64,000 nucleotides of DNA from an uncultured Gammaproteobacteria bacterium (GTDB taxonomy: Bacteria; Patescibacteriota; Patescibacteriia; UBA11705; JABHMO01), in the NCBI GenBank assembly GCA_964486065.1, contig CAZAKN010000002.1:93452-157451 (forward strand). The letters are read 5' to 3'. The translations under genes were made by a program, and so were the position numbers. Shown piece after piece: positions 53,467-62,822 of this stretch (position 1 is its first letter; every line of letters starts with the position of its first letter). The notes under the pieces are model-generated. The model saw only the letters and a list, made by a program, of their open reading frames with translations, was not told the DNA's origin and searched no databases.

Positions 53467-53850
53467 ATGCTAAGCCAAAAGAAAAAGCAGGCGATTATTA
53501 AAAAGTTCAAAACTCATGAAAATGACACCGGTTCATCGGAAGTGCAAATCGCCATTCTTACCGAAGAGATCAAAGAATTGACCAAGCATTTGCAGCAACA
53601 TAAACACGATCATTCTTCCAGACGCGGACTTTTGAAAAAACTCGGCGAACGAAGAAGACTGTTGCGATACTTGGAGGCTGAAAATCGGGAAAGTTATGAA
53701 AATTTAATTCAAATTTTGAAACTTAAACCGACCAATCGTTCGCAAAGAGAAGAACAAATCAAAAAGATCTTGGAAGAAAATGAAGAAGAAAATTCGGAAA
53801 ATCAACAAAATGAAGAAAAGGATAACGAGGAACAAAAAAACAACGAATAA
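53467..53850 (+). CDS. rpsO: 30S ribosomal protein S15 with an acidic tail
   Basis: DTGSSEVQIAILT..HKHDHSSRRGL. Confidence 0.96.
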   Translation: MLSQKKKQAIIKKFKTHENDTGSSEVQIAILTEEIKELTKHLQQHKHDHSSRRGLLKKLGERRRLLRYLEAENRESYENLIQILKLKPTNRSQREEQIKKILEENEEENSENQQNEEKDNEEQKNNE

Positions 53851-53976
53851 TATTCAAGAAGCGAGTCCTTGCGGACTCGCTTCTAATTAAATTAAATAAA
53901 TTTTACAATTAATCATGGCTGCCAAATAGGTAGATTTCAAAAATTGAAATCTAAAATTTGGCAGCCAAACAAAATT

Positions 53977-56118
53977 ATGGAAAAACAACAATTTGAAATG
54001 GATTTCGCCGGACGGAAACTAATTGTTTCCACCGGTAATTTGGCGCAACAAGCCAATGCTTCCTGTACCGTACAATACGGTGAAACTTTGGTCATGGCCA
54101 CGGTGGTTATGAACAAAGAACCGCGTGAAGGTATTGATTTTTTTCCGCTCATGGTTGAGTATCAGGAAAAATTCTATGCCGCCGGTATTATTAAACATTC
54201 AAGATTCTTAAAACGCGAAGCTCGTCCCACGGATGAAGCTGTTCTAACCGGACGCATGATTGATAGAGGCTTGAGACCTCTTTTTGATGAAAATATTCGC
54301 AATGATGTTCAAATTATTTTAAATGTATTATCATTTGACGGCGTAAACGATCCGGACATTCCGGCTATCATTGCCGCTTCCACTGTCCTGCATATTTCGG
54401 ATATCCCTTGGAACGGACCCTTAGCCGGTATTCGCATAGGACAAGTTGATGGCGAATGGAAAATCAATCCATCTTACGAAGAACGAGAAAAATCTCCGGT
54501 TGATTTAACCGTTTCCGTTTCCGCGGATAAAGTTCTGATGGTAGATTCAGAAGCCCTGGAATTTCCCGAAGATAAATACTTTGAAGCTTTTCAAGTCGCC
54601 TTAAAACAAGGAAAACCGGTGGTTAAATTCATTGAAGATATCCGCAAAAAAGTTGGTAAAGAAAAAATGGTTATTGACAATCAAATTAATGAAGAAGAAT
54701 TGGATGAAAATCAAAAAATTTCACAAGAGGAGCTGGAGAAATTACAAAATGAAGCCAAAGATTTTGTAAAAGAAAAACTGTCTTCTCATCTCTTCAACAT
54801 CCCGTGCGGTTCAAAAAATGAACGCAAAAAAAATCTATACCAAGTTAAAGAAAAATTGATTGAAAATTTAAAGGAAAAACAAATTGGCAAAGAAAGACGC
54901 GCCAAGGTTTTATCTTTTTGGGATGAATTCATTGATGAACAAATCACCAAAGCTATTTTGGAAAATGAACAAAGAATTGATGACCGTAAATTGGACCAAA
55001 TTCGCCCACTCAGCGCGGAAGTAAGCTTAATCCCTCGCGTTCACGGTTCGGGCTTGTTTATGCGCGGAGAAACCCAAATATTGAGTATTGTTACTTTGGG
55101 CGCTCCCGGTGATGAACAAACTTTGGATGGTATGGAATTAAGTGGTACTAAACGCTACATGCATCATTATAACTTTCCGCCTTTTTCTACGGGAGAAGCT
55201 TATCCCATTCGCGGAACCGGTCGCCGAGAAATCGGTCACGGCGCCTTGGCAGAAAAAGCTCTAATGCCCGTAATGCCTGAAAAAGCGGATTTCCCATACA
55301 CCATTCGCGTGGTTTCTGAAGTGCTTGGTTCCAATGGTTCAAGTTCCATGGGGTCAACTTGCGGTTCAACTCTGGCGCTTATGGATGCCGGCGTGCCGAT
55401 TAAAAAACCGGTTGCTGGGATAGCCATCGGATTAGCTTCCAATAAAGCTTATGACTTCAAAATTTTAACCGATATTCAAGATTTTGAAGATGGTGACGGT
55501 GGCATGGATTTCAAGGTTACAGGAACAAAAGACGGCATTACCGCTATTCAAATGGACACCAAAACCTTGGGCTTAACCGAGGAAATCATTGAAAAAGCTC
55601 TGAAACAAGGACGCAAAGCTTTGGATGAAATCTTACAAGTTATCACCAAAGTCATCCCCGAACCCAGAGCTTCTTTGTCTGAATACGCGCCAAAAATAAA
55701 AACCATGAATATCAATCCGGAAAAAATCGGTACGGTTATCGGCCCCGGAGGTAAACAAATCAATGAAATTATTGATGCCACCGGTGTTAGCATTGACATT
55801 GAAGATGACGGCTTAGTGATGATTACCGGTGTGGATGAAAAAGAAGTTAACAAAGCTATGGGCTGGATTGAAAATTTAACGCGTGAAGCCAAAGTCGGCG
55901 AAACATATATTGGAAAAGTTGTGAAAATCATGGACTTTGGCGCTTTCGTGGAAATCTTCCCCGGCACTGACGGCATGGTTCATATTTCGGAAATAACCGA
56001 CAAAGAAAGAGTGAACGACATCAATAAATATTTGAAGGAAGGACAACAAGTTAAAGTTAAATGTTTAAAAGTTGATCCGAACGGAAAAATAAGTTTATCC
56101 ATCAAAAAAGCAAAATAA
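53977..56118 (+). CDS. pnp: Polyribonucleotide nucleotidyltransferase
   Basis: RGETQ, RREIGHG, SNGSSSM, MDFKV, KH and S1 domains. Confidence 0.97.
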   Translation: MEKQQFEMDFAGRKLIVSTGNLAQQANASCTVQYGETLVMATVVMNKEPREGIDFFPLMVEYQEKFYAAGIIKHSRFLKREARPTDEAVLTGRMIDRGLRPLFDENIRNDVQIILNVLSFDGVNDPDIPAIIAASTVLHISDIPWNGPLAGIRIGQVDGEWKINPSYEEREKSPVDLTVSVSADKVLMVDSEALEFPEDKYFEAFQVALKQGKPVVKFIEDIRKKVGKEKMVIDNQINEEELDENQKISQEELEKLQNEAKDFVKEKLSSHLFNIPCGSKNERKKNLYQVKEKLIENLKEKQIGKERRAKVLSFWDEFIDEQITKAILENEQRIDDRKLDQIRPLSAEVSLIPRVHGSGLFMRGETQILSIVTLGAPGDEQTLDGMELSGTKRYMHHYNFPPFSTGEAYPIRGTGRREIGHGALAEKALMPVMPEKADFPYTIRVVSEVLGSNGSSSMGSTCGSTLALMDAGVPIKKPVAGIAIGLASNKAYDFKILTDIQDFEDGDGGMDFKVTGTKDGITAIQMDTKTLGLTEEIIEKALKQGRKALDEILQVITKVIPEPRASLSEYAPKIKTMNINPEKIGTVIGPGGKQINEIIDATGVSIDIEDDGLVMITGVDEKEVNKAMGWIENLTREAKVGETYIGKVVKIMDFGAFVEIFPGTDGMVHISEITDKERVNDINKYLKEGQQVKVKCLKVDPNGKISLSIKKAK

Positions 56119-56188
56119 ACAAAAAGAGGCGCTAAGAAAAGCGCCTCTTTTGTTTTACTTAAAACCGAGATTAAGCTAAAATTATATT

Positions 56189-57430
56189 ATGAGAAAAATC
56201 AGTAAAGCTATTGTTTTCACCTTGGGGGGCATCCTTGCAATCGGAGCCTTGTTTTTTTTATTATTTGTAAAAACCGATACTTTAATCAAAAATATTCCCC
56301 GTGAAGCGGAAATATATTTTCATACGGAAAAAAATTTTATCAATAATTTAAAATCCGAACATAAACAAACTTTTCTAAAATATGTGGCTCAAAAAACCGC
56401 CACAACGGAAGACTTTTGGCAAAACCTTTTACAAAAGCGTGGCAATTTTGAACTGGCGGGCTTTTTCCAACAAGAGGAACTGACCATGGTATTACCGGCA
56501 AAAAAATATTTACTGAAATACTTACAAAGCAATCAAGTGGAATATTTTAAAAGTAATGGAGTAATCTACTTTCCCGCTACATTTATCGGCAATTACTCAT
56601 TCGCACAAAATGACTGGGTAAAAAAACAAAGGTCTTTTCCACAATTTTCCGCTAATTCAATCTATATTGAAAATTTTAATTCCTTACCGGTTGCCGACAA
56701 TCTGAAAACCCCTTTTGCGCTATCTCATGCTCCGATAAAAGCCGATATTTACCAAAAACAAAACCATTTGCAAATAATTTTCTCCGACGAGTTATCTCCG
56801 AATTCACGGAATAAAAAGCTTTCATCATTATTTGACGCGCCACCCTCGGATTCTCTGGTTTATTGGCGCGGGATTAAATCCGATAATTTATATTTTGACT
56901 TACCCTATTCCACTTCCTCATTTGATTATTTACTTTTTTCCGTGATTGAAGAAGAGTATGAATATTACAAAAATCAATCCGGTTCTATACTTATTCTAGA
57001 TTCAAGTAACAATCTAAACGCCATAAAAACAAAAATTTCAGAAATTTTCGCCAATTTAAGTCCCGATACAAAAATCAAAGTTCTACCTGATCAATCCAAA
57101 GCCTATCACTTGATAGCGGATCCCTCTAAATGGCAATTTGTGAACAAATCAACAAGTAATCCACAGTTTGAGCAACTTTCATCACCTCAACTGGGCATTG
57201 ATCTGCGTCTTTATCAATTAAATAAACAAATAATTATCACAAAAAACCTAAATTTAGCGGAATATTATGATTCATATCAAGGTAACACCTTGGATTTAAG
57301 TAAATATATTCATAATAATAACCTAAATTTAGCATATTTTAATTTAAAAACACTTTTAAATTCCAGTTCCTCTCAACATCTTGTATTTATTCGTGAAAAT
57401 AACGGAAAAACCTCTATTTGTATAGACTAG
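56189..57430 (+). CDS. Membrane-anchored hypothetical protein
   Basis: 413-aa ORF with an N-terminal TM. Confidence 0.75.
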   Translation: MRKISKAIVFTLGGILAIGALFFLLFVKTDTLIKNIPREAEIYFHTEKNFINNLKSEHKQTFLKYVAQKTATTEDFWQNLLQKRGNFELAGFFQQEELTMVLPAKKYLLKYLQSNQVEYFKSNGVIYFPATFIGNYSFAQNDWVKKQRSFPQFSANSIYIENFNSLPVADNLKTPFALSHAPIKADIYQKQNHLQIIFSDELSPNSRNKKLSSLFDAPPSDSLVYWRGIKSDNLYFDLPYSTSSFDYLLFSVIEEEYEYYKNQSGSILILDSSNNLNAIKTKISEIFANLSPDTKIKVLPDQSKAYHLIADPSKWQFVNKSTSNPQFEQLSSPQLGIDLRLYQLNKQIIITKNLNLAEYYDSYQGNTLDLSKYIHNNNLNLAYFNLKTLLNSSSSQHLVFIRENNGKTSICID

Positions 57431-57442
57431 CCTAGTCAAAAA

Positions 57443-57479
57443 TGTGTATAAACTAACCATATCCACAGACTTATCCACA
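57443..57479. promoter_or_regulatory. Cluster of three DnaA-box-like 9-mers
   Basis: TGTGTATAA, ATATCCACA, TTATCCACA. Confidence 0.55.
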
Positions 57480-57550
57480 CAATACACCTTGAAATATAAG
57501 CCATTTAAAGAAGATATACGCTAAAATTAGCGAAATAACCTTGTTTGTCA

Positions 57551-57579
57551 TTGACCCTCTCTTTCATCCATGATATAAT
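57551..57579 (+). promoter_or_regulatory. sigma70-type promoter
   Basis: TTGACC-N17-TATAAT with extended TG. Confidence 0.8.
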
Positions 57580-57584
57580 ATAGA

Positions 57585-58020
57585 AGTACATTAAAGACCA
57601 TGCTCTTTCAATGTGCTAAAGTTCTTTTTGTTTGTAAAGTTGTTCTTTACTTTAAAAACACAACAAATTACATTTGGGAAAATTTCGCTCACAACACTTC
57701 GCAAGTTGTAGCTATTCCGTTTTTCACACCTTATTATCCTCTTCAGCGGGATAATACCCACTCAAAACAAAAACAAAAACGAAAAACTCCAAGGAGATTT
57801 TATCTTCGGCGGAAAAGGCTTCAATCAAGACGCGGCTGATGCGTCACTGCAACTGCCCAATGGCTTCGAACTCTCTCACTCGAAGCGCCTCTCTCACACA
57901 TTTGGGTCAAAAAGAACCGCCTTAAATTACACGCCATTAAATCAATTTAATCGGGCGTCAATGATTTGAAGCGTTCAAAACACAAAGCCCTAGTCTTCAT
58001 CGACCGGGGCTTTTCTTTTT
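57585..58020 (+). ncRNA. Candidate large structured ncRNA of unknown family
   Basis: Many hairpins plus long-range helices between a promoter and a terminator (57984-58020). Confidence 0.6.
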
Positions 58021-58075
58021 GACTAAATAATCTATTTTTCATACAATTCAAGATGTTATAAATAATCAATTACTT

Positions 58076-58648
58076 ATGTCTAAAACTTTGGATAACTTAA
58101 CCAAAGCGTTTATCGGCGAATGCCAAGCTCGCAATCGTTATACTTATTACGCCAAGGTGGCAAAAAAAGAAGGTTATGAACAAATGTCAGGAATCTTTAT
58201 GGAAACAGCTGAACAAGAAAAAGTTCATGCCAAAAGACTTTTTGAGCATATTCAAGAACTGAAGGGCGATCAAAATGAACTTATCGTTGAAGCCGCTTCA
58301 CCAAATATTTACGGTGATACCAAAGAAAATTTGAAATCAGCCATACAAGGAGAAACTTATGAATTTGATGAAATGTATCCGGAATTCGCCAAAGTGGCGG
58401 AAGAAGAAGGTTATTTAAAAATCGCCGCCAGATTGAACGCCATTGCTCAAGCGGAAAAACATCACGCGGAAAGATACGCCAAACTTTTAGAACAGTTGGA
58501 AAATGAAACAGTTTTCAAAAAACAAAAAGAAGTCATTTGGGTTTGTCGCGAATGTGGATACATTCATGCCGGAGCTTCCGCTCCAGACAAATGTCCCTCT
58601 TGCGATCATCCCCGTGCTTATTACCAATTGCAAGCAGAAAATTATTAA
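58076..58648 (+). CDS. rbr: Rubrerythrin
   Basis: AFIGE.QARNRY, EKVHA, AEKHH, CRECG..CPSC. Confidence 0.93.
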   Translation: MSKTLDNLTKAFIGECQARNRYTYYAKVAKKEGYEQMSGIFMETAEQEKVHAKRLFEHIQELKGDQNELIVEAASPNIYGDTKENLKSAIQGETYEFDEMYPEFAKVAEEEGYLKIAARLNAIAQAEKHHAERYAKLLEQLENETVFKKQKEVIWVCRECGYIHAGASAPDKCPSCDHPRAYYQLQAENY

Positions 58649-58713
58649 TCCTGATCTTGCCTAAACTACATTATTGTTATACAATAGCTTTACTTTAATA
58701 TTAAGCTAATCCT

Positions 58714-59091
58714 ATGTTAAAGAAGAATGAATTAGAAGAAATCAAGAACAAGCTTTTGGCGGAAAAGGAAAACTTGGAACAAGAACTGAATAAAATTGCC
58801 AAAAAAAATCCCAAAAATCCCGAAGATTACGAAGCCAAATTTGAAGAATACGGTGATGATGAATCTGATAGCACTTCAGAAGTGGAAAAATTTGGACTAA
58901 ATTTATCTTTGGAAAAAACTTTAGAAAAATCTCTGCGCGATGTAAATAAATCTTTAGAAAAATTAAAAAAAGATCCCAAACATTATGGTATTTGCAAATA
59001 TTGCAAACAGCCCATCGCCGCCAAAAGATTAATTGCCAGACCGACTTCAAGCGCTTGCATTGAATGCAAAACCAAATTAAAATCTTTGTAA
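58714..59091 (+). CDS. TraR/DksA C4 zinc-finger protein
   Basis: Coiled coil, DESD tip, YGICKYC..RL.ARP..CIECK. Confidence 0.88.
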   Translation: MLKKNELEEIKNKLLAEKENLEQELNKIAKKNPKNPEDYEAKFEEYGDDESDSTSEVEKFGLNLSLEKTLEKSLRDVNKSLEKLKKDPKHYGICKYCKQPIAAKRLIARPTSSACIECKTKLKSL

Positions 59092-59093
59092 AA

Positions 59094-59567
59094 ATGAATA
59101 GGGGACGATCAATCGCGACAATCGTTTGTTTATTGGCGATTTTGGCAGATCAATTTACCAAATATTTAGCTATAAAAAAAATTCCGCCCAGCGGAATTTT
59201 TTTATGGAAAAACGATTTTATAAATGCAAAATTAGAGGTTTTAAAAAATCCTTTTACGGCTTTCGGTTTTAATCTTCCTGCGGGAATCATTATTGCTTTA
59301 TCCGTAATATTAATTCTTGTTCTATCTCATTGGCTGATCAAAACACTGAAACAAAATCTGTTTTTTCAAAGCTTGATTTTGGCTTTAATCATCGGTGGAG
59401 CGCTTTCCAACCTGGTTGATAGAATTTTCCGCGGAGCAGTGATTGATTTTTTAAGCTTGAAAATATATAATAATTTTATCTGGCCACATTTTAACTTGGC
59501 GGATGTTTTCATCACCTTGGGTCTGCTAAGCTATATTTATTTCATAATTAAAAAACAAAATGTTTAA
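59094..59567 (+). CDS. lspA: Lipoprotein signal peptidase II
   Basis: DQFTK, GALSNLVDR..G.VIDF, FNLAD. Confidence 0.9.
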   Translation: MNRGRSIATIVCLLAILADQFTKYLAIKKIPPSGIFLWKNDFINAKLEVLKNPFTAFGFNLPAGIIIALSVILILVLSHWLIKTLKQNLFFQSLILALIIGGALSNLVDRIFRGAVIDFLSLKIYNNFIWPHFNLADVFITLGLLSYIYFIIKKQNV

Positions 59568-60090
59568 ATATTTTAAATTTCTATTTTTAATCTTCTTTTT
59601 CCTGTTTTTTTTCATGCCACTAAACAATGTTCGCGCGGAAATATCGCCAATCAATGTTTATGTTTTTACACAAGCGGGATGTCCGCATTGCGCCAAAGCG
59701 GTCTCACATTTGGAGGCTTTGCAAAGAAATCATTACCCGGAAATGAATATTTTTGAATATAATCTGATCGCGGATCGGGAAAACATTGCCAAATTTCAAA
59801 AATTTGTCAGCGCCTATGAAGTTAATTTTAACGCCGTGCCGGCTATCTTCGTGGGCAAAAGCGCCATTAAAGGCTATCATGAAACGGAAATAGATTTGGC
59901 CGTTGAAAAATGCAAAAACGAACCCTGCCCCGACGCTTTAGATATAGTGAATGAAAAATCGGGAGAATCCATGGAACAAATTGATCCGGAAAGCGCGGAA
60001 CAAGAAAAATCTTTAAAATTGCTGGGTATGATTGTTTCGGGAACGCTAATATTGGGAGGTGCTTTTATCGTTATCAAAAAAATGCTTTAA
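59560..60090 (+). CDS. Exported glutaredoxin/thioredoxin-like protein with a C-terminal anchor
   Basis: Signal peptide, CPHC, VP motif, C-terminal TM. Confidence 0.8.
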   Translation: MFKYFKFLFLIFFFLFFFMPLNNVRAEISPINVYVFTQAGCPHCAKAVSHLEALQRNHYPEMNIFEYNLIADRENIAKFQKFVSAYEVNFNAVPAIFVGKSAIKGYHETEIDLAVEKCKNEPCPDALDIVNEKSGESMEQIDPESAEQEKSLKLLGMIVSGTLILGGAFIVIKKML

Positions 60091-60171
60091 ATACTTCACA
60101 AAACACAGGCCGACGATACTTGTGTTTTTTATTTTACCAAATATTGCTAAGATATATATATAATCAAAAAT

Positions 60172-61686
60172 ATGTTTGTCAAAATATCCTCCTGTGTCAA
60201 TCTGGGATTGGACTCAGAAAAAGTTATCGTGGAAGCTGATTTGGCCGGTCGTCAAAAAACCAATTTTATAATTGTCGGCTTACCTGATACGGCGGTTCAA
60301 GAATCAAAGGAACGCGTCCGCCAAGCGGTGATCAACAGTGGCTTTCGTTTTCCCAGAGGTAAAACCATTATTAATCTGGCGCCCGCCGATATCCGCAAAG
60401 AAGGCCCAGCTTATGATTTGCCTATGGCTATCAGCGTACTGGCGGCGACCGAACAGCTGAATGGTGATTTTCAGGATTCTTTATTTATCGGAGAACTGGC
60501 TCTAAACGGTGACACTCGACATATCAATGGAATTTTACCATCCGTTATTTTCGCTAAAAAAGCCGGTTTCAAAAATATTTTTTTACCCCAAGAAAATTTG
60601 GACGAGGCTCGCCTGATCGGCGGGATTAACATTTTTGGAATAAATAATTTGAAACAATTACACTCTCATTTGATAAATGAAAAAAAGCTAAGTCCGGCAA
60701 CAAAAATCAGTGTTTTTGAACAAGAAAAAATTTTACCTCAAGACATGAAGCATGTTCAAGGGCAAGAACAGGCCAAGCGAGCTCTGGAAATCGCGGCTTC
60801 CGGCACTCATAATGTTTTAATGAGCGGACCACCCGGATCAGGCAAAACTTTATTGGCGAGAACCATGCCCGGTATTCTACCGGATTTAAATGAAGAAGAA
60901 ATAATTGAAGTCACGAAAATTTATTCCGTGGCCGGAATTTTACCTCAAGATCAACCGATAATTTCTTTGCGCCCTTTTCGTGCACCTCATCATACCAGTT
61001 CGGGAGTCTCTTTGGTCGGCGGTGGCAATTTTCCCAAACCCGGAGAAATCAGTTTGGCGCATCGCGGTATTTTGTTTTTGGATGAATTCGCTGAATTCCC
61101 TCGCGCGGTTTTGGAAAATCTTCGTCAACCGCTGGAAGACGGAATTATTTCCATTTCCAGAGCGCAAGGAACGCTGACTTTTCCGGCGCGTTTCACTTTA
61201 GTCGCGGGTATGAATCCTTGTCCTTGCGGATATTCTTCCGATCCGGAAAAAGACTGCACCTGTTCTCCGCATCAAATCATAAAATATCAGCAAAAAATAT
61301 CCGGTCCGATTTTGGATCGTATTGATCTTCATGTTGAAGTGCCTAGAATCGGTTTTGATAAACTTCAAGGAGAAACGGAAAATGAAAGTTCCGCAGAAAT
61401 AAAAAAGCGCGTAGTAAAAGCTCATGAAATTCAAAAACAAAGGTTCCTCAGTTTGCCCATACAATACAACTCGGAAATGGGACCGCAAGAAATTAAAAAA
61501 TACTGTCATTTAAATCAAGCTTCCGCAACGCTTTTGCGTCAAGCTGTTGATAATCTACATTTAAGCGCGCGAGGAGCTCACAGAGTATTAAAATTGGCGC
61601 GCACGATTGCTGACTTGGCAGAAAAACAAGATATTCAAACTGAACATTTAGCGGAAGCTCTACAATTTCGCAGTAAAAATACCTAA
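60172..61686 (+). CDS. comM: YifB/ComM Mg-chelatase-like AAA ATPase
   Basis: VGLPD.AV.ES.ERV, GPPGSGKT, PGEISLAH.G, NPCPCG. Confidence 0.92.
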   Translation: MFVKISSCVNLGLDSEKVIVEADLAGRQKTNFIIVGLPDTAVQESKERVRQAVINSGFRFPRGKTIINLAPADIRKEGPAYDLPMAISVLAATEQLNGDFQDSLFIGELALNGDTRHINGILPSVIFAKKAGFKNIFLPQENLDEARLIGGINIFGINNLKQLHSHLINEKKLSPATKISVFEQEKILPQDMKHVQGQEQAKRALEIAASGTHNVLMSGPPGSGKTLLARTMPGILPDLNEEEIIEVTKIYSVAGILPQDQPIISLRPFRAPHHTSSGVSLVGGGNFPKPGEISLAHRGILFLDEFAEFPRAVLENLRQPLEDGIISISRAQGTLTFPARFTLVAGMNPCPCGYSSDPEKDCTCSPHQIIKYQQKISGPILDRIDLHVEVPRIGFDKLQGETENESSAEIKKRVVKAHEIQKQRFLSLPIQYNSEMGPQEIKKYCHLNQASATLLRQAVDNLHLSARGAHRVLKLARTIADLAEKQDIQTEHLAEALQFRSKNT

Positions 61687-61804
61687 ATTTAGGACAATAA
61701 GTGAATTTTAGTTTGACTTATTGTTTTTTTTGTGCTAATTTTAGACATTACCTTTGTTTGGGTAGTTACATGAACTTTAAAAAGAACGCCATAAGGAGGC
61801 AACA

Positions 61805-62809
61805 ATGAAAAAGTGTCGCTTGATCTGTTTTTTGTTGGGTTTCGTGCTGATCACGGGATGCGCCCAAAAGCTCAGCCCATACGAAACGGCTATGAAAGAA
61901 AACCGCTATCTGGACGCCGCCTCGCTGGCGGAAAATCCGGAAGACAAAGAAGCGGTCTATCACGAAGCCATGCAAAACAAGGCGTATCTGGACGCCGCCA
62001 AAATCGCGGAAAAGCCCGAACACAAGGATCGCGTTTATCGCAAAGCCTTGTGGGCGTACATCCCGAATTTGGAGGCTATGAGCAAAGCGTCTGAAGATAT
62101 GCCGATGTTAAGTCGGCACTTGAACGCTTTGGAGAAACAATTCCAAAAGCTGGCTCAAGAAAAGCAGGCTGAAGAAGCAAGCAAACTGGAAAACCGCTTT
62201 CGCTCGGCCTTTGCTGAAGGTCGTTGGGAAGAGGCTGATACCTTGGCAAGAAAAGATGACCAACTTTGGAAAATCTTTCACGAAGCGCTGGTCAAATACT
62301 ACGACGACTACATGAAGGAAAAAAGGTACTCAGATGCCAAGTATGTGGCTTTACGCTTTTTGCAAGACAACGAAAAAGCGCGAGAAGCGGAAATTCAAGC
62401 CGAAGAACATCTGACTGCCTTGCTTGACGAGGCGAGAACCAAGCCACTCAGAAACGATGAACAAATCACGGCTTTTCAAAAAGCCTTTGACTTTGCTCGT
62501 CTCAACAAAGACGGCGAATACGCCGCCATCACCGAAAGCATGATGCAGATGAGTGCCGGCTACTACGCGGCCATGCTATTCTGGCGGATCAAGCCCAAAG
62601 AAATGGGTCATGCCAGAGCTCAAAAAGTCATAAGTGACTACGGTCTGACTTGGACCTATGTCAAACAGCTGAAAGGAAAACTGCGACGGGCTTGGTATCG
62701 TCGCAACCGTGCCTATAAGGAACTGCTGGAAAAACGCCAGCACGAGAAGGAATGTAAACTATCTCGTAAACAGGGGCGTAACCAATCCGGCCTTATGTGC
62801 AGTCGCTAG
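61805..62809 (+). CDS. Putative helical-repeat lipoprotein
   Basis: Lipobox ITGC, AAGGAGG SD, internal repeat YETAMKENRYLDAA/YHEAMQNKAYLDAA. Confidence 0.75.
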   Translation: MKKCRLICFLLGFVLITGCAQKLSPYETAMKENRYLDAASLAENPEDKEAVYHEAMQNKAYLDAAKIAEKPEHKDRVYRKALWAYIPNLEAMSKASEDMPMLSRHLNALEKQFQKLAQEKQAEEASKLENRFRSAFAEGRWEEADTLARKDDQLWKIFHEALVKYYDDYMKEKRYSDAKYVALRFLQDNEKAREAEIQAEEHLTALLDEARTKPLRNDEQITAFQKAFDFARLNKDGEYAAITESMMQMSAGYYAAMLFWRIKPKEMGHARAQKVISDYGLTWTYVKQLKGKLRRAWYRRNRAYKELLEKRQHEKECKLSRKQGRNQSGLMCSR

Positions 62810-62822
62810 AAAGGAGATGATA

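Noticed and set aside
57600-57839. 79-aa ORF as a real CDS
   Set aside because: No recognisable features, and it overlaps dense RNA structure; not excluded completely
57585-58020. tmRNA, RNase P or SRP RNA identity
   Set aside because: No tRNA-like ends with CCA, no GAGGAAAGUCC/CGGCUUA P4 motifs, no SRP domain IV loop
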